A DNA stretch of 64,000 bases. It comes from Thermoproteota archaeon (lineage in GTDB: Archaea > Korarchaeota > Korarchaeia > B14-G2). This document shows positions 51,083-60,380 of the stretch, piece after piece. Position 1 is the stretch's first letter. Each line of letters begins with the position of its first letter. The stretch covers positions 27,307 to 91,306 of the forward strand of contig JAVCBW010000036.1 in assembly GCA_037917675.1 (NCBI GenBank). The letters run 5' to 3'. Position numbers and translations under genes: made by a program. The notes under the pieces are model-generated. The model made no database searches. It was given only the letters and a program-made list of their open reading frames with translations, and had not been told where the DNA came from.

Positions 51083-51946
51083 GTGTTGGATATAGGTGAA
51101 GCTAGCTTTCTCAGGATAACAACCCTTGTAGAAGATACTTCAGGGTTTTCAGAGGGGCTTCTAGCTGAGCATGGGCTGTCTCTTCTAGTCGAAGCCGAAT
51201 CTAGCGGAGGCTTCACCAAACTACTGTTTGACTGTAGTCAGTCTTACAGGACACTCAAGCATAATGCTGAGAAGCTTAGAGCTAGCCTTAGGGATATCAG
51301 CTTTGTCGTCCTCTCCCACTGCCACTATGACCATACTGGTGGGCTGATTGGGGTCCTTAAGGAGGCTGGGAGAATCCCTGTTGTAGCTCATCCAGAGATA
51401 TACAGGAGCACCTTCCTCCTGAAGCCTAAGCTCAGGTATGTTGGGACACCTTTCCACATAGATGATGCTGAGAGAGCTGGTGCAATACATGTTCTAACTA
51501 GATCTCCGCTAAAGCTCTGTGAAGGCCTTGCCACAACAGGTGAGATAGAGAAAAGAGCTGAGTTCGAGGCTAAGGAGGCTCTTGAAGCCTATGTGCTGTC
51601 AGATGGAAGGCTTGTTAGAGATGCGTTGAAAGACGACTTATCTTTAATGGCTAATGTGAGAGGCCAGATTGTTGTGATATCCGGGTGCTCTCATGCAGGC
51701 ATAGTAAGCATAGTAGAGCATGTTTCTCAGCTTATCGGAAAGCCTGTGTATGCTATAGTTGGAGGGCTACACCTGGCAGGAGCTAGTAGCAGTAGGATAG
51801 AGCTCACCGTGAGAAGGCTTAAGGAGCTTGGGGTCCGAGAGGTTGCAGTAGGCCACTGTACTGGCCTTGATGCAATGTACAGGCTCAAGGAGGAGTTTGG
51901 AGATGGCTTCACCCAGCTGCATGCTGGTGTCTCAATAGAGTTTTAG
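51083..51946 (+). CDS. MBL-fold metallohydrolase (MJ0301-like)
   Basis: EHGLSL, SHCHYDHTGG, GCSHAG, GGLHL, GHCTG. Confidence 0.85.
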   Translation: MLDIGEASFLRITTLVEDTSGFSEGLLAEHGLSLLVEAESSGGFTKLLFDCSQSYRTLKHNAEKLRASLRDISFVVLSHCHYDHTGGLIGVLKEAGRIPVVAHPEIYRSTFLLKPKLRYVGTPFHIDDAERAGAIHVLTRSPLKLCEGLATTGEIEKRAEFEAKEALEAYVLSDGRLVRDALKDDLSLMANVRGQIVVISGCSHAGIVSIVEHVSQLIGKPVYAIVGGLHLAGASSSRIELTVRRLKELGVREVAVGHCTGLDAMYRLKEEFGDGFTQLHAGVSIEF

Positions 51947-52493
51947 AAGCTAGAGGGCATAGAGGATCTGGCCCATCAAGTGTTCTCCATGCTCTAAGTG
52001 ACCTGGCATAGCATCCTCCTAGACACGTCTCTCTTGCCTCGCAGTGTAAGCAGGGGTATCTCAAGATGGGCTTTGCTACTCTCCTAGAAAGCTCGTGGGA
52101 TTCTGCTTCCCTCCAAGCTTCCACTAGGCTTTTCCCTCTGATGGATGTCAGCTTGTAGTCTAACATCACATAATAGTACTTCTCCACTCACTCCTATGTC
52201 GATTATATCAGCTAGCCTACATGAGTAGCTGGCTGCATGCTGAGCTATGCTCTTTGCAAACGGCATGCACCATAGGCTTGCTGGAATAGAGGTCTCTATG
52301 ATGGCCTTATCTATCTCTCTGATAAGCTCCAGCATGCGGTCTGCCGTTAGCTGCTTCAGCTCTGCTCCTTTACCAAATGGCATCAAGGGTATGAAGCTGA
52401 GGAAGCATGCTCCCCTGCTGTCAGCTAGCTCAAACACTCTCCTTATATCGCCTGGTGTATCTGCTGTCAGTAGGGTTGCAGTTGAGTATTCTA

Positions 52494-52598
52494 CCGTCCT
52501 GGTTCTCTGCCACTTTCATGGCTTTCGTTTCATTTGCAGCAGGGAGCCTTCCAGCCTCAGGGTTCATAGGTGGACTTTCTGGGTGAACGGAGCTCCCC
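52494..52598 (-). ncRNA. Candidate TnpB omega-RNA-like structured RNA at the element right end
   Basis: TTTAAG box at 52622-52617; stems GGGAGC/GCUCCC and GUUCA/UGAAC; GCCAU-GAAA-GUGGC tetraloop hairpin. Confidence 0.4.
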
Positions 52599-52760
52599 AA
52601 TGCTGAGCAACGCCCCCTTAAAGGCTTTTGACACCACAAAACTATCATATATTATATTCAACGCTAGTCGTTTCTGCCCACCAACTTAGCTCTAACCAGT
52701 CCCAGCCAGTAACTTCACTACCTAATCATATCCTCCACAGACCCATAGTATTTCATGAAA
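52494..52760 (-). mobile_element. Non-autonomous insertion (MITE-like), IS607-like GG crossover
   Basis: Removal rejoins CAC AGG G|TA GAA TAC TCA (FKHRVEYST) in frame; GG(T) at both junctions; CATGAAA near both ends; no terminal inverted repeats seen. Confidence 0.7.
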
Positions 52761-53280
52761 CCCTGTGTTTAAACATGATTCTAGCAGCTTTCTTGACATA
52801 CCTCCATGACCCTAGCCCCCTTATCTCTTCATGCTCCCCTTTTCACATCATCCATGCTTAGGTATACGTGGATCTCTAGTTTAGCTAGCTTCGATGCAAT
52901 GCTATCTCTCATAGCTGACCCATTTGTGATTACTGTAGCAGATATTCTATGGTCATATGTAGCCTTGAGGAGAGTCATGAAGTCTTCTCTTAGAAACGGC
53001 TCTCCTCCAGAGAACCCTATGTGAGCTACTCCAAGTTCTGCTGCTTCTCTGATCACTCTAAGTCACTCCTCTGTAGGAAGCTCTTTAGCTCCTCTAAACT
53101 TTGCTGCATAGCAGTGTATGCATGAGAGGTTGCATCTCCCAGTAACTATCCAGATGATATCTGACATTACTCTCTCTATGCTTTGAAGAAATTTCAGCAC
53201 TTTAGCCTCCATCGGATGTTGTTGCAGCCTATAGTATGCTATACTCGTGATGAGACTGCTATAGCTTAGATTGAGGTGTG

Positions 53281-55545
53281 CTATATCTCGAAGGATGGAC
53301 CAGTCCACTTCTCTACTGGATAGAGGTTCTTCTCATATAGCTTAGGCTGAGGCAACTCTAGTGGTAGGCCTTTCCTCTTTCTTATCTCCATTATCTTCTC
53401 CACTTGCATTGCTCTCGGTAGCTCTCTGAAGCCGCTTGGCTCATATCCCCAGAAGCAGCGGCCTTGTGTTGCTGACCTGAGCAAGTCCACTAGATCTTGA
53501 GTTTCTGCTGCTGGTATCTCTCCTGCTATCCTTACGAGGTCTTCCATATGCTGTATCTGCTTTATTGCAGCTCTCTTCTTGTTTAGTATTGATATCACCT
53601 GCCCTTCTGTTCCTATTGGCGTTGTTATGTCTATTCTGAGGATTGGCTCATATAGCCTTGGCCTAGCAGTAAGGAATGACATATTGAGTGCTGCCATCAC
53701 CATGGATCTCACTTCAGAGTACCCTGTGTGAGCTGGATCTGTATGCACGACAGCATCTGTTATGACTGCCTTAACTCCTAGCGTAGGCTCTCTGGCTAGC
53801 GTTGCTCCATTACAGAAGTCTATGAAGTTTGACTCTATGTAAGCTTTTATCCTATCCAGTCTCTGTGCTCCCCTTGTGTTATCTACTAGGACGTTTGTCC
53901 CATATATTAGCCATATCCTCCTAGCTTCTCTGGAGTCCCATCCAGCTTTCTCCTGCAAGATCCTTGCTCTCTCCTTCCTGTCCATCTTGTCTGCTATAAT
54001 GCCGTTTCTTATTAGGTCTATTGTGACTGGGTCTAGTGGCTCTACGTACATCTTTATTCTGTTCAGAGAATTGTTTGACTTGGTTTGGACCTCTATCCCT
54101 CTCTGCGTTGGAACTTCCCTGTAGACTATTATTGGTGGTGAGACTTTTATCCTTACCATCTCGTTTATCCTCTTCGTGAGGATTTCAAGCTGTAGTGGGT
54201 CTATTCCTGAGAGTATGTACTCTTTTGTCTCTTCGTCTATTCTAAACTGTGCTGTTGGGTCTGCTGAAACCCATAGCTTGACCCACTTACCTAGCTTATC
54301 TAGCTCCTGTGGGTTGAGTGGCTTTATCGCTATTGAGACTACAGGCTCAGCAACGTACTTTATCTCTATGAATGGTGTGACATCCTCCATTTCAGGAGCT
54401 ACTATGGTTTCTCCAGCTGGACAGTGGAATCCATATAAGGCGAAGAGGTTTCCTGCTGGTATTTCAGGTATGTCTAGTATGTCTGTTATCTCCATGACTC
54501 CAAGCCTCTGTACCCTCTCTAGCCTCTTTGCTGTAAGCAACCTGACCTGATCTCCTGCTCTGAGGGTTCCAGAGAAGACTCTGCCTATCAGAACTACCCT
54601 TTTTGTCCTTGGGTGTATGAAGAGCTTCGTTATCATGGCCATCAGTGGGCCATTTGGATCTATTCTTCTCATAGCTCTTCCAAGCTCAGAATCCTGGTCT
54701 CCTGGCCATATTCTCTTTATCTTCTCTGGCTGAGCTTCCATTGGTGAGGGGAGGTGTTTCACTATCATCCTTAGAAGGGGCTCATCTAGTGGAAGGTTTT
54801 CTCTGAGCCACTTCTCCTCACCTTTTTCATACATTTCAAATATGATCTTCGGATCTATACCCTTCTCTCTTAAGATGTCTACCGTGAAGCCCCAGCCGTG
54901 TTTTGCTGATCCTATTGCTATTGTTCCATCTTGGAACGACACTCTCCACCCTGTGTCTGGAGCATACTTCTTGATCAGGGAGTTTACGTCCATTGCTATC
55001 TGCTCAAGCCTCTTGCCAACCTCCTTTGGTGTAAGCCTGAGTTCCTTGATCAGCCTGTCAACTTTGTTTATGAATAGGACTGGCTTACACCTTTCTTCTC
55101 CTACTGCTAGCCTGATGTTCGTTTCGGTTTGAGTCATAACTCCCTCTAACGCGTCTACTAGAAGCACTACCCCATCGCTTCCTCTCAGTGCTCTTGAGAC
55201 CTCTCCTGTGAAAGATATGTGTCCTGGTGTGTCGTTCAGCTGGAAGAGGTAGTTCTGCCCCTGATAGTCATAGGATAGCAAGGCTACGCTAGTGAATATT
55301 GTTATCCCTCTTTTACGCTCCTCCTCGTCACTCGACCTGCCTGCATAGCGTGCAGGCAGTTAGTCGGTGAGGAGGAGCTCCCCAGCTGCATCTGGGCTCA
55401 TCAGCCCTGCTCTCTTCAGAAGGTAGTCTGTAGTCGTTGTTTTCCCATGGTCTATGTGAGCTACTATTGAGAATATCCTCTTATTCTCGAGAGCTGTACT
55501 TCTAACCATTTGTGCTATCTCATCTGGGTTTTTCACTCTTACCAT
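53281..55545 (-). CDS. Elongation factor EF-2 paralog (aEF-2p-like), two exons: 55545-55361 and 55330-53281, 744 aa after splicing
   Basis: AHIDHGKTT, RGITI, DTPGH, NKVD, YEPI; the two ORF-track pieces share one frame; diphthamide loop reads HTG rather than HRG. Confidence 0.88.
55331..55360 (-). other. 30-nt bulge-helix-bulge pre-mRNA intron (candidate)
   Basis: mRNA: C-CGAC-UA^A-CUGCCUGCA-CGCUA-UGCAGGCAG-GUCG-AG^U-G. Splicing converts the UAA stop to UAU (Tyr). Confidence 0.88.
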
Positions 55546-55685
55546 TGTAAACACCTTTCTAGCTGCTTAAGGCTTGTACATCAAACTTATACCTGCCCTG
55601 TAGGCTGCTCCAGCATATTTAAGGGTTACTGACCTCCACCTGGTAGCCTTTTATACCCTTAACCCAGCCAGCATAGGGTTGGGTC

Positions 55686-56543
55686 TTGGCTGATAGAGCT
55701 AGGTTTGGTCCAGCTGGATTCCCTATAGGCAGGGATGCGCGTGGACCTGATGCCATGGTTTACCTGAGGGAGGTTGGGCTTGATGCGATGGAGTATCAAG
55801 CTGTCAGAAGTGTGAGGATGAAGGCTGAGAAGGCTAGGGTTCTTGGGCAGGCTGCCAGCGAGAATGGCATTCTTCTAGCTATACATGCTCCATATGCTAT
55901 AAACCTTGCCTCTAAGGAGAAGAGCAAGCTGAAGGGGAGCAAGGATAGGCTGTATGCAGCCTGCATGCTAGGCTACTACATGGGTGCAGTACACTGTACA
56001 TTCCATCCTGGCTATTATAAGGAGCTTGATAGGGATGAGGCATTTAGGATGGTGAAGCAGGGTGTTGAGGAGGTTGTTGAGAGGCTTAAGCAGGAGAATG
56101 TTAAAATAAAGCTTGGCCCTGAGACTACAGGAAAGCCTAGTCAGATAGGTTCCCTAGATGAGGTACTAGAGTTATCTGCTCAAGTCGACATGGTTGAGCC
56201 CACAATAGACTTCGCTCATCTACATGCAAGAGAGGGTGGTATCATAAAGTCTAAGGAGGACTATGCTAAGATACTCGAGAGGATAGAGAGTGTCTTAGGG
56301 AGTAGTGCTGTAAAGGGTTTGTTCATTCATTTCAGCGAGATAGAGCTCACTAGCAAGGGTGTCGGCGAGAAGCAGCACCATGAGCTTGGTTCAGGGTATG
56401 GTCCAGACTTCAGGCCTCTAGCTCAGCTGATTGCTGAAAGAGGGCTTACACCAGTCATAATATGTGAGACTCCACTGCTTGACCTTGATGCTATCAAGAT
56501 GAGGAAGATATATGAGAGGGCGTTGCGTAAGGTTAAGCGATAG
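55686..56543 (+). CDS. nfo: Endonuclease IV-family (AP endonuclease 2 TIM barrel)
   Basis: HAPYAINL, FHPGYY, ETTGK, IDFAH. Confidence 0.85.
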   Translation: MADRARFGPAGFPIGRDARGPDAMVYLREVGLDAMEYQAVRSVRMKAEKARVLGQAASENGILLAIHAPYAINLASKEKSKLKGSKDRLYAACMLGYYMGAVHCTFHPGYYKELDRDEAFRMVKQGVEEVVERLKQENVKIKLGPETTGKPSQIGSLDEVLELSAQVDMVEPTIDFAHLHAREGGIIKSKEDYAKILERIESVLGSSAVKGLFIHFSEIELTSKGVGEKQHHELGSGYGPDFRPLAQLIAERGLTPVIICETPLLDLDAIKMRKIYERALRKVKR

Positions 56544-56642
56544 CATAACCTTGCTACTCCTTAGAGCATATCTTAATACCTTCCAGAGGTCTCTGCCAGC
56601 AGCAAGCAAAAGTTATTAGCTTGGGTGTAGGAGCAAGGTAGC

Positions 56643-57821
56643 ATGATAACTGAGTCAGCTGTCATGTTTAAAGACAGAAGGACACTAGACCTAAGCTATG
56701 TTCCAGAGGAACTTCCTTGTCGTGAACAGGAGAGAAGGCAGCTACTTGAGTCCTTACTTCCAGCAGCTGTCGGGGAGCATTCTCGCCAAGTCGTGATATC
56801 AGGTGAATATGGTGTCGGAAAGACTGCTCTAGCTAAGAGAGTAGGTTTAGACCTCGCCTTCGTTGCAAGGGAGAACAGGTATAGGTTTAGGTATGTCCAC
56901 GTGAACTGCAGGCATAAGTCTCCATTGATAGTGCTAGCTGATATCATCTGGAAGTCTCTTGGGAGGAAAGTGCCAACTAGAGGCTGTTCCCTAGAGGAGC
57001 TGCTCCAGCACTTTAGACACTCTTTCATGGAGGAGGGTATCAATCTTCTCATAGCTCTAGATGAAGCTGACTCATTCTGGTACTATGGTAGTGATGGAGA
57101 GTCTCTCTTATATAACTTGGTCAGGTTCTCAGATGACTTCCTTGACTCTTCTCCTCCAGCTCTATCTCTAATCCTTATATGCCGGCTAGACTTCCTGCTC
57201 AAAGAGACCTTACATGGTGACACTCTAGCTTTACTGAGAGACCAAGTGTACCTTAAGCGCTATGCTCTAAGAGAGCTCTACGAGATAACCGAGTATAGAG
57301 CTTCCAAAGCGCTATATAAGGATGCCTATGATAGCGAGGTAATAGACTTGATAGCTAGGGCAGCTGAGCCATTTGGGAGCGCTAGAGTTGCCATACAGAC
57401 ACTTAGGCTTGCTGCCGAGAAGTCTGCAGCTGACGGATTCTCTAGGATATACCCAGAGTATGTCAGAGAAGCTGCTGAGCTCATCTGCCCTAGAGATGGG
57501 TGGGGGATCAGCTCACTGACTAGAGAGCAGGCTATAATCATGCTAGCAATAGCTTCCCTCCTGAGGAGCCGAGAGAAGCCCTATGTGAAAACTGGCGACG
57601 TATGGGGCCAGTACACTACACTATGTAAAGCCATCGGCGTGAGGAGGCTACCATATAGCCAGTTTCTGAGGGAGCTACAGTACCTAGAGAGATGCAGATA
57701 CATTGTAGTTAAGCGTGGAGGGCCCCGTGGGAACACTATGGTCATAGACCTAGATGGTGTACCTGCTGAGAGACTTGCAAAAGATCTTGAGGGGCTTCTT
57801 CTGAACCTAGCTAGCCATTAG
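56643..57821 (+). CDS. cdc6: Cdc6/Orc1-family AAA+ protein
   Basis: YVPEELPCRE, GEYGVGKT, HVNC, ALDEAD, GSAR, C-terminal winged helix. Confidence 0.88.
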   Translation: MITESAVMFKDRRTLDLSYVPEELPCREQERRQLLESLLPAAVGEHSRQVVISGEYGVGKTALAKRVGLDLAFVARENRYRFRYVHVNCRHKSPLIVLADIIWKSLGRKVPTRGCSLEELLQHFRHSFMEEGINLLIALDEADSFWYYGSDGESLLYNLVRFSDDFLDSSPPALSLILICRLDFLLKETLHGDTLALLRDQVYLKRYALRELYEITEYRASKALYKDAYDSEVIDLIARAAEPFGSARVAIQTLRLAAEKSAADGFSRIYPEYVREAAELICPRDGWGISSLTREQAIIMLAIASLLRSREKPYVKTGDVWGQYTTLCKAIGVRRLPYSQFLRELQYLERCRYIVVKRGGPRGNTMVIDLDGVPAERLAKDLEGLLLNLASH

Positions 57822-58461
57822 AGAGTTCAATAAGCCCTACTGCAACGATTCCAGCTCCCCTAGTCTTCATCACCCTCCTCTCCTTATCAGCCTGACTGAG
57901 AGCAGGGAGGCATAGATAGACACTGTACCCAGCATCCTTAGCTCTCACAATAGCCACCTCACGATGGAGGTTTTCTGCTTCTAGAAAGGATTTTACAGCA
58001 GCTCTCGTGCCGTCTCTGGTTATCCCAGCCAGCAGAACAACCCATGATCCAGATAGCTCCTCCATGTCTACTGCCCCCCATTGAGCTCCAGTAAGCTTGA
58101 CTGTTGCAGCATGCATGAAAATCCTGCTGTCTTCAGAGTAGAAGACCACAGATAGGTCTTTCTGAAGCAATCTGGTTGCTTTGTTAGCTATGGGCCCGCC
58201 GACAAGTATTATATTCATGCTCCCAAGCATGCTCACATCAAACTCCAGGTCTGGGAGGACTCTAGAGGGCAAGCCAACAGAGGCGAGTGCTTCAGCGAGT
58301 CTATTCGCATAATCCCAATCAGGTGATCCAGGGCTAGCGATAACTACTATCTCACGGCTCATTAGCAGCTTAAACCTCTGGCTTAGAGTGTCTATATAAC
58401 ATGCAGATAGAGCATATGGAGCAAGCAGTAGGAAAGTAAGTACAGCTATAGAGTACTTCAT
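57811..58461 (-). CDS. Secreted protein with S-layer-type domain
   Basis: Signal peptide MKYSIAVLTFLLLAPYALSA; NIILVGGPIANK and LAG..GTRAA motifs. Confidence 0.6.
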   Translation of the reverse strand: MKYSIAVLTFLLLAPYALSACYIDTLSQRFKLLMSREIVVIASPGSPDWDYANRLAEALASVGLPSRVLPDLEFDVSMLGSMNIILVGGPIANKATRLLQKDLSVVFYSEDSRIFMHAATVKLTGAQWGAVDMEELSGSWVVLLAGITRDGTRAAVKSFLEAENLHREVAIVRAKDAGYSVYLCLPALSQADKERRVMKTRGAGIVAVGLIELSNG

Positions 58462-58537
58462 GCAGCCACCCCGATGAAGCCTCCAACTCCAGATATAAAA
58501 GTGAGTAGACAAAAGCCTTAAGCTCATTTGCTGCCTG

Positions 58538-60316
58538 CTACTCAGCAACCTTCTTAAGTTGGCTCCTATACATCTCAACTATCTCCTTTACAGTTGTAGC
58601 ATCTTCTGCCCCTTTATCATCTCTCCATCTCCCTGTGAACCTAGGAAACCTTATTGCTAGCCCAGCTTCCTTCTTGATCGACCCCAGCCCACATGTGTGG
58701 ACTGGTGATAGAGTTATCTCGTCTCCGATAACCTCTATGACCTTAGCTGGTGTAAACCAGACATCTGCCTTAACCCTAGAGTAAACCCTTGGATGCCTGC
58801 TATCTCTCTTATAGGGCTCAAGCAGCTTTGGTAGGCTAAATAGCTCTTCATCTGTGAATCCAGTTCCACACTTTGCTACAGTGACGAACTGGTCTCTTTC
58901 GTCGTCGTAGGCTGCCAGGAGAAGGGCACCATACGTCCCTGCTCTCTTACCTCTCCCCATGAAAGCCCCTACTATAACTAGGTCGACAGGTTCCACCATC
59001 TTAGACTGATAAGACCTCTTCCACTTTATCCACAGGAAGCCTCTCGCACCAGCCTGGTAGACAGACTCCCCTGATATGGACTTAGCCATAAGCCCTTCAC
59101 AGCCATCTGCTATAGCTCGCTCAAACATATTCTCAAGATCCTCTACGCTGCTAGCTACCATGTACTCACTCAACCTAAACCTGTCACTTTCATCGACAAT
59201 CTCCTCCAAGATCCTTCTACGTTCCAGCAGAGGTAGATTAAGAAGGCTCCTCCCATCTACATATAGGCAGTCGAAGAGGAAGACTGTAGTCGGATACTCT
59301 TCCATAGCCTTCTCAACACCATACTTCCTCCGCCTATGCATGAGCTCCTGGAAGGGTAGCATCTCACCGGTATCCAGGTTTATAGCCACACACTCACCAT
59401 CGACTATAGCCTCCTTAGCCCTGATGTGCTGCTTACTCATCTCGACAACATCAGGGTAATGATGTGTTATGTTCTCAAGCCTCCTAGAGAATATCACAAC
59501 ACTATCTCCACTTTTATGAATCTGTACTCTTTCTCCATCATACTTATACTCTGCGATACATCTCCCACCCATCTTCTTCAAGATCTCCTCTGCAGTCGGC
59601 ATCCTCTCAGCCAGCATAGGCCTTATTGGGACACCTATTCTAGGCTTGATCTCCCTAAGCCCCTCTACTCCTCTCTCAGCCACAACCTCAGCTATAAGCC
59701 CTAGGTCACTGGATATGTTGTAGGCATGCTCCAGCATAGGCCTATTTTCCCTTCCTCCAGCAAAAGCCTCAGCAAGCGCATCGAGAATCGTCATGTCAGC
59801 TATCCCTAACCTGAGCTTGCCTAAGACGATCCTAGCGATATACCTGCCCTCAAGGGGGCTAGCCTTCCTCAGAAGGCCAGCGATGTACTTGATCTTGGTC
59901 TCCTGAGCTCCCTCACCTGAGACCTTCGCTATCTTATCTAAGATCCCATATACTTCACTTACAGTGAGCTCCTCTTCGGCGATACCCATAAACGCAGCTA
60001 GAGAGCTACTAGGCCTCTCTGACAGCACCTTCTCAGTGAGCACTCCAACGTCACCAACTTGCTTAAGCTGGTCATCTAGCTCCTTGACGCTAATCCCAGA
60101 GGCAAGAGATAGCGCTCTAAGATATAGCTTCTCAGCAACCCCAATCTCAAGCCCAACAAAGTCAGGGTAAAGCTTACCCTGAGTCAGGTAAACTACCTTT
60201 GGAAGCTCATTAGGAGGAGTTTTAAGAAAGAGGTCAGTTAGTAGAGCAGTCATCTCAAGCCTCTTAGTAGTCTTCTCCAGCTTCGAGTAGCACTCAGCTA
60301 CTACTGAGAACTTCAA
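58538..60316 (-). CDS. lig: ATP-dependent DNA ligase
   Basis: EYKYDGERVQIH, EGLMAK, WIKWK, IRFPRF..RDDK. Confidence 0.97.
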   Translation of the reverse strand: MKFSVVAECYSKLEKTTKRLEMTALLTDLFLKTPPNELPKVVYLTQGKLYPDFVGLEIGVAEKLYLRALSLASGISVKELDDQLKQVGDVGVLTEKVLSERPSSSLAAFMGIAEEELTVSEVYGILDKIAKVSGEGAQETKIKYIAGLLRKASPLEGRYIARIVLGKLRLGIADMTILDALAEAFAGGRENRPMLEHAYNISSDLGLIAEVVAERGVEGLREIKPRIGVPIRPMLAERMPTAEEILKKMGGRCIAEYKYDGERVQIHKSGDSVVIFSRRLENITHHYPDVVEMSKQHIRAKEAIVDGECVAINLDTGEMLPFQELMHRRRKYGVEKAMEEYPTTVFLFDCLYVDGRSLLNLPLLERRRILEEIVDESDRFRLSEYMVASSVEDLENMFERAIADGCEGLMAKSISGESVYQAGARGFLWIKWKRSYQSKMVEPVDLVIVGAFMGRGKRAGTYGALLLAAYDDERDQFVTVAKCGTGFTDEELFSLPKLLEPYKRDSRHPRVYSRVKADVWFTPAKVIEVIGDEITLSPVHTCGLGSIKKEAGLAIRFPRFTGRWRDDKGAEDATTVKEIVEMYRSQLKKVAE

Positions 60317-60380
60317 GCCAGCACCCTTGGGCTTAAGTTACCCACAGAGTTATAAGGTTTAACCGGCTACACAGTAACCA

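Larger units (their letters stand above)
51909..53167 (-). pseudogene. Radical SAM/SPASM protein pseudogene
   Basis: CNLSCIHC, SGGEP, TNG and C-terminal CLHC..CLGGC..DPLCP. Broken by TGA at 53063-53065, frameshifts near 52835 and 52160, and a 267-bp insertion. Confidence 0.88.

Noticed and set aside
52501-52570. Hammerhead ribozyme in the inserted element
   Set aside because: The minus strand has CUGAGGC, not the CUGANGA core, and the required stems were not found.
53063-53065. In-frame TGA in the radical SAM gene as selenocysteine or a second intron
   Set aside because: The context TEE*LRV fits a TGG(Trp)>TGA mutation. No BHB structure is present and the gene has several other lesions.
55360-55362. 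Stop-codon readthrough or simple pseudogene explanation for the EF-2 paralog
   Set aside because: UAA is not a Sec/Pyl codon, and readthrough would leave 10 extra residues next to switch I. BHB excision restores the consensus exactly and the gene has no other lesion.
56544-56715. Replication origin or ORB boxes beside cdc6
   Set aside because: The intergenic gap is under 100 bp with no AT-rich unwinding region or repeated full ORB. The TTCCAGAGGAA match at 56701 just encodes VPEE.
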